This document shows, piece after piece, positions 60,426 through 64,000 of a stretch of 64,000 nt of DNA. The stretch is from the NCBI GenBank assembly GCA_965207885.1, contig OZ242311.1, forward strand, positions 672,001 through 736,000. Reading direction: 5' to 3'. A program made the translations under genes and the position numbers. The notes under the pieces are model-generated. The model was not told the origin of the DNA. It ran no database searches and was given only the letters and a program-made list of their open reading frames with translations. Every line of letters starts with the position of its first letter. Position 1 is the first letter of the stretch. The stretch comes from Candidatus Latescibacterota bacterium. GTDB lineage: Bacteria > Latescibacterota > UBA2968.

Positions 60426-61335
60426 TTATGAAACTTATATGAACGAAATCTCGTTAGATTCAGTCAAAATTCATCGTGGAACAGAGGCGCGTGAAAAACG
60501 ACGAAAGGCCGCTATGCGTGCCTTGGCCTGCTTCAATCGCGGTTCTGCTTATAGCACCATACGTGATTATGACCGTGCCATAGAAGAGTACAGCAAGGCC
60601 ATAGAATTGAAATCGAATTATGTCAATGCCTATCATAGTCGAGGCAATGCTTACATGCAAAAAGGTGCGTATGACCGTGCCATTTTGGATTTTGACAAAG
60701 TGATCGCGCTGAAACCAGATGATGCCATGACTTTTTTTAGTCGCGGCTTGGCTTATTTCATCAAAGACGAGGTTGACCTTGCCATCAAGGATCTGAATAG
60801 AGCGGTCGCACTTGACTCAGAGTTTGCTGTAGCCTATTTCATTCGAGGTAGTGCCTACTTAAAAAAAGGTGCGTATGATCTTGCTATCGCAGAGTACAAT
60901 AAGGCGATAGAATTGAATCCAGATTATACCGATGCCTATAATAATCGCGGCAATGCTTACAGCAATAAAGGCGAGGTTGACCTTGCTATCGCAGATTACA
61001 ACAAAGCGGTAGCACTTAAGCCAGAACTTGCTGTGGCCTATTTCATTCGAGGTAATGAGTACGTAACAAAAGGCATGTACGATCGGGCTACCGCAGAGTA
61101 CAATAGGGCGATAGAATTGGACCCAAAACTTGCTGTGGCCAATTTTGGTCTTGGTATATGTTCGCTACTGAGCCGGACAGATTGGCAAGTAGCCAAATCA
61201 TATTTGACACTTGCCAGGCGCGAGGGCATGGATATTATCGCAGCATTTCGCAAAAATTACGAAAATGTTGCGGCATTTGAACGAAGACATGGTGTTCGGT
61301 TGCCGAAAGATATCGCGGCTATGTTGACGCCATAG
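60397..61335 (+). CDS. TPR-repeat protein with N-terminal BrnA-antitoxin-like segment
   Basis: Overlaps brnT 3' end; about 40-aa acidic/basic N-terminus, then about 7 canonical TPRs (AYNNRGNAY..KGEVDLAIADYNKA). Confidence 0.8.
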   Translation: MNTTADAEFDYETYMNEISLDSVKIHRGTEAREKRRKAAMRALACFNRGSAYSTIRDYDRAIEEYSKAIELKSNYVNAYHSRGNAYMQKGAYDRAILDFDKVIALKPDDAMTFFSRGLAYFIKDEVDLAIKDLNRAVALDSEFAVAYFIRGSAYLKKGAYDLAIAEYNKAIELNPDYTDAYNNRGNAYSNKGEVDLAIADYNKAVALKPELAVAYFIRGNEYVTKGMYDRATAEYNRAIELDPKLAVANFGLGICSLLSRTDWQVAKSYLTLARREGMDIIAAFRKNYENVAAFERRHGVRLPKDIAAMLTP

Positions 61336-61460
61336 ACAGAGTCCTGTACCCGCGCAACTCAATACCAGTAATCCAGATTCATCTGTGTTTATCCGTGTTC
61401 ATCTGTGGTTGCTTTTTTGGTTTTTCTGTGGTTGCTTCTTTATCCGAGAGGGGGTCAGCT

Positions 61461-63167
61461 ATCAATACCAATGATTCTGATCGTCAGAGAAAGTCACCTG
61501 AAGATTTTCTTCAGGACTATGTGGATATGCAGCATACGTTTCAGTCGCTGTCGATTATCGATCAAATTTTGATGACGATGGATGAGACGGATCGACGGCG
61601 GCCCCTGTTGTACCAGTTGCGCCGGCAGCTTCAGGAAGATGAGATTACGTTTGAGGATGCGAGGCGCACGATTGTGGAGCTGGAAGGGGCGCTGGAGAAG
61701 GTGACGGCGCCGGCAAATCGGGTTGGTACGTTGCTGTCGCCGCCGGAAAATGGCATCGCGTACATTACGGTGGGGGGGGCGGAGTATTACGCCAATGTGG
61801 ATTCCCGGTTGGATGAGCGACGTTTGAAGGTGGGGACGCGGGTGCTGGTGAATGAGGCGTTTGCCGTGGTGGGCGATATGGGCGAGTCTCCGTCGGGTAC
61901 GGTGGGTAAAATTGTCGATGTGCTGGACGATGGGCGTTTGCAGGTGGGGCAAGAACACGGTTCGCAGACGCATGTTTTGCTGCGGGGGGCCGATCTGGAG
62001 GCCGAGGCTTTGAAGGCGGGCGAAGAGGTGCGGATCGATCCGCATTTTCGCGTGGCGCTGGAGAAGATGCCTCATTCCGAGGTTAAGGATTTTTATCTGG
62101 AGGAAGTTCCGGATTTGCCGTGGGAGAAGATCGGTGGGCAAAAGGATGCGATTCAGGCGATTAAGGATACGATTGAGATGCCGGTGTTGCACCCAGAGTT
62201 GTTTAAGCGGTTTCAGTACAGTACGCCCAAGGGGTTTTTGTTGTACGGTCCGCCGGGGTGCGGCAAGACGCTGATTGGGAAGGCGACGGCGTACAATCTG
62301 GAGAAGCAGGTGCAGGAAGACGGTTTGAATCTCAAGGCGTGTTTTATGCATATTAAGGGTCCTGAGATTTTGAATATGTGGTTGGGAGAGTCCGAGCGCA
62401 AGGTGCGCGAGATTTTTTCTCAGGCGCGCGAGAAGCGGCGCGAGGGGTTTTTGCCGGTGGTGTTTATCGACGAGGCAGAGTCGGTGTTAGGGACGCGGCG
62501 GGCGATTCGGTCGCACAATATTTCAAATACGGTTGTGCCGATGTTCTGCTCCGAGATGGACGGGATCGATTCCCTGCAAGATGTGGTGATTATTTTGACG
62601 TCCAATCGTCCAGATTTGATCGATCCGGCAATTTTGCGCCCGGGGCGTATTGATCGCAAGATCAAGGTGCTGCGTCCGGATGAGGATGCCGCGCGCGAGA
62701 TTCTGGGTATTTATTTGACGGCCAATTTGCCGCTGTCAGAGGATGCGTTAAACGCGCACGATGGCGATGTACGGGCAGCGGTTGACGATCTTGTGGCGCG
62801 CACGATAGCAGAGATATATGCCAGGCGCGATGATACGCGCTTTTTAGAGGTGTTGCTCAGAAGCGGTCGCAAGGAGGTGTTGAGCCGCGGAGATCTGTGT
62901 AGCGGGGCTATTCTCGAGTCTATTGTGCAGCGCGCGAAGGAGATTGCGATTAAGCGGTGTATTGCGTCGGGCGCAGAAGATGGGATTGGTTTTGACGATT
63001 TGCTCGTGGGAATAGAGACCGAGTACAGCGAGAATGAGATTTTCCCGCCGACGGATAATACAGAGGATTGGTTGAAGTTGCTGGATTACGATCCGGAAAA
63101 TGTGGTGCGCGCAGTACCGATTCGCCCCAGGCGAGAGCGACGCATCTCAAGGCATGGCGTGGTTTGA
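61461..63167 (+). CDS. arc: Proteasome-associated AAA+ ATPase (ARC/Mpa family)
   Basis: Coiled coil, tandem OB domains, LEEVPD, GPPGCGKT, IKGPEILNMWLGESER, FIDE, DPAILRPGR; start uncertain (ATC 61461, GTG 61521 or ATG 61527). Confidence 0.92.
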   Translation: MNTNDSDRQRKSPEDFLQDYVDMQHTFQSLSIIDQILMTMDETDRRRPLLYQLRRQLQEDEITFEDARRTIVELEGALEKVTAPANRVGTLLSPPENGIAYITVGGAEYYANVDSRLDERRLKVGTRVLVNEAFAVVGDMGESPSGTVGKIVDVLDDGRLQVGQEHGSQTHVLLRGADLEAEALKAGEEVRIDPHFRVALEKMPHSEVKDFYLEEVPDLPWEKIGGQKDAIQAIKDTIEMPVLHPELFKRFQYSTPKGFLLYGPPGCGKTLIGKATAYNLEKQVQEDGLNLKACFMHIKGPEILNMWLGESERKVREIFSQAREKRREGFLPVVFIDEAESVLGTRRAIRSHNISNTVVPMFCSEMDGIDSLQDVVIILTSNRPDLIDPAILRPGRIDRKIKVLRPDEDAAREILGIYLTANLPLSEDALNAHDGDVRAAVDDLVARTIAEIYARRDDTRFLEVLLRSGRKEVLSRGDLCSGAILESIVQRAKEIAIKRCIASGAEDGIGFDDLLVGIETEYSENEIFPPTDNTEDWLKLLDYDPENVVRAVPIRPRRERRISRHGVV

Positions 63168-63257
63168 AGTGAGAAGTGAGAAGTGTGAAGTGAGAAGTGT
63201 GAACAACTGTAGGGGCGAGGCATGCGTCATTGCGGCGTGTTGTTAGCCGCAATCCAG
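63166..63257 (+). repeat. Composite repeat: heptamers, half GTAG REP, family A palindrome
   Basis: GAAGTGTGAACAACT-GTAGGGGCGAGGCATGC-GTCATTGCGG...CCGCAATCCAG; nearly same as 13356-13447. Confidence 0.8.
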
Positions 63258-63290
63258 AAGGTTTTGTCATTACTGGCGTTGTGAGATAAT

Positions 63291-64000
63291 ATGACGCGTT
63301 TATTCGGTATAGAAACGGAATATGGGATCACGATTGACGAGGTGGATAAGGTCGATGTGGTCGAAGAGTCGATGCAGTTGATTCGATGCTATCAGCAAGG
63401 GGCTTTTGTTCCGTTGTGGGATTATCGGCTGGAGAATCCCCGGCGGGATGAGCGGGGGTTTGAGGTCAAAAATCTGTTGAATGATGCCGATGAAAAGGTG
63501 CATTTGCAACAGGACCGCAAGCGCAAGATTCCGTTTAAAGAATTGAAGAGCGATTTGATTATTTACAATGGTTCCCGGTTTTACAACGATCACACGCATC
63601 CGGAGTATTCAACGGGTGAGTGCACGAGTTTGTTCGAGCTTGTGGCGCAGGATAAGGCGGGGGAGCGCATTGTGGATATTTGCGCGCAGCGGCGCACGGA
63701 GATGCTCGATCAGGGCGTTGTGCGGATGTATAAGAATAATACGGATTTCGAAGGGCACAGCTATGGATGTCACGAGAATTATTTGATGGATCGCTCGGTG
63801 CCTTTCGAGCGTATATTAGAGGGGTTGTTGCTGTTTTTTCCCACGCGGCAGATTTTTTGTGGGGCTGGGAAGGTGGGTGTTGAGCGGGAGGATCGCGCGC
63901 CGATTTATCAGTTGTCGCAACGCGCGGAGTTTTTTGAGGTGATCGCGAGTGTGGATACGATGCACAAGCGTCCGGTTGTGAATACGCGCGATGAACCCCA
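63291..64000 (+). CDS. dop: Pup/UBact deamidase-depupylase Dop (PafA2 family), runs off window end
   Basis: Manual translation (absent from ORF track): MTRLFGIETEYGI, WDY, NGSRFYNDHTHPEYST, KNNTDFEGHSYGCHENY, LSQRAEFF, RPVVNTRDEP. Confidence 0.9.
   Translation, partial: MTRLFGIETEYGITIDEVDKVDVVEESMQLIRCYQQGAFVPLWDYRLENPRRDERGFEVKNLLNDADEKVHLQQDRKRKIPFKELKSDLIIYNGSRFYNDHTHPEYSTGECTSLFELVAQDKAGERIVDICAQRRTEMLDQGVVRMYKNNTDFEGHSYGCHENYLMDRSVPFERILEGLLLFFPTRQIFCGAGKVGVEREDRAPIYQLSQRAEFFEVIASVDTMHKRPVVNTRDEP

Overview
Bacterial chromosomal window with strong G/T skew on the + strand. Gene content (FlgD-Ig/T9SS-type C-terminal domains, cohesin/dockerin-like modules, ARC ATPase plus Dop outside Actinobacteria, many TA genes) suggests an FCB-group organism such as Ca. 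Latescibacterota; this is an inference. Left to right: an NCS2 permease split by an IS4 element; an M24 peptidase; a TnpB (IS200/IS605) element carrying a foreign gene fragment where tnpA would be; degP, a sigma54 activator and a large TPR protein; ispE-rplY-pth-hppA-rpsF-rpsR-rplI; a formylglycine-generating enzyme; a small island (palindrome cluster, GIY-YIG nuclease, UPF0175, HicAB, DUF151, orphan YefM, Rpn, second IS4 copy); a 15 kb CDP-dideoxy/branched-sugar and GT-C glycosylation cluster; three secreted acidic Thr-rich proteins (3034, 1265 and about 697 aa) with cohesin/dockerin-like modules and a shared C-terminal sorting domain behind a consensus sigma70 promoter; a Gfo/Idh/MocA enzyme; BrnT followed by an antitoxin-like/TPR fusion; and the start of a Pup/UBact-type proteasome locus. 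Intergenic DNA is saturated with several interleaved, often nested families of short palindromes. Best novelty candidates: (1) the GIY-YIG nuclease and CGTC-type palindrome system, (2) the dockerin-cohesin-CTD surface proteins with the adjacent glycosylation cluster, (3) BrnT with a TPR-fused putative antitoxin.
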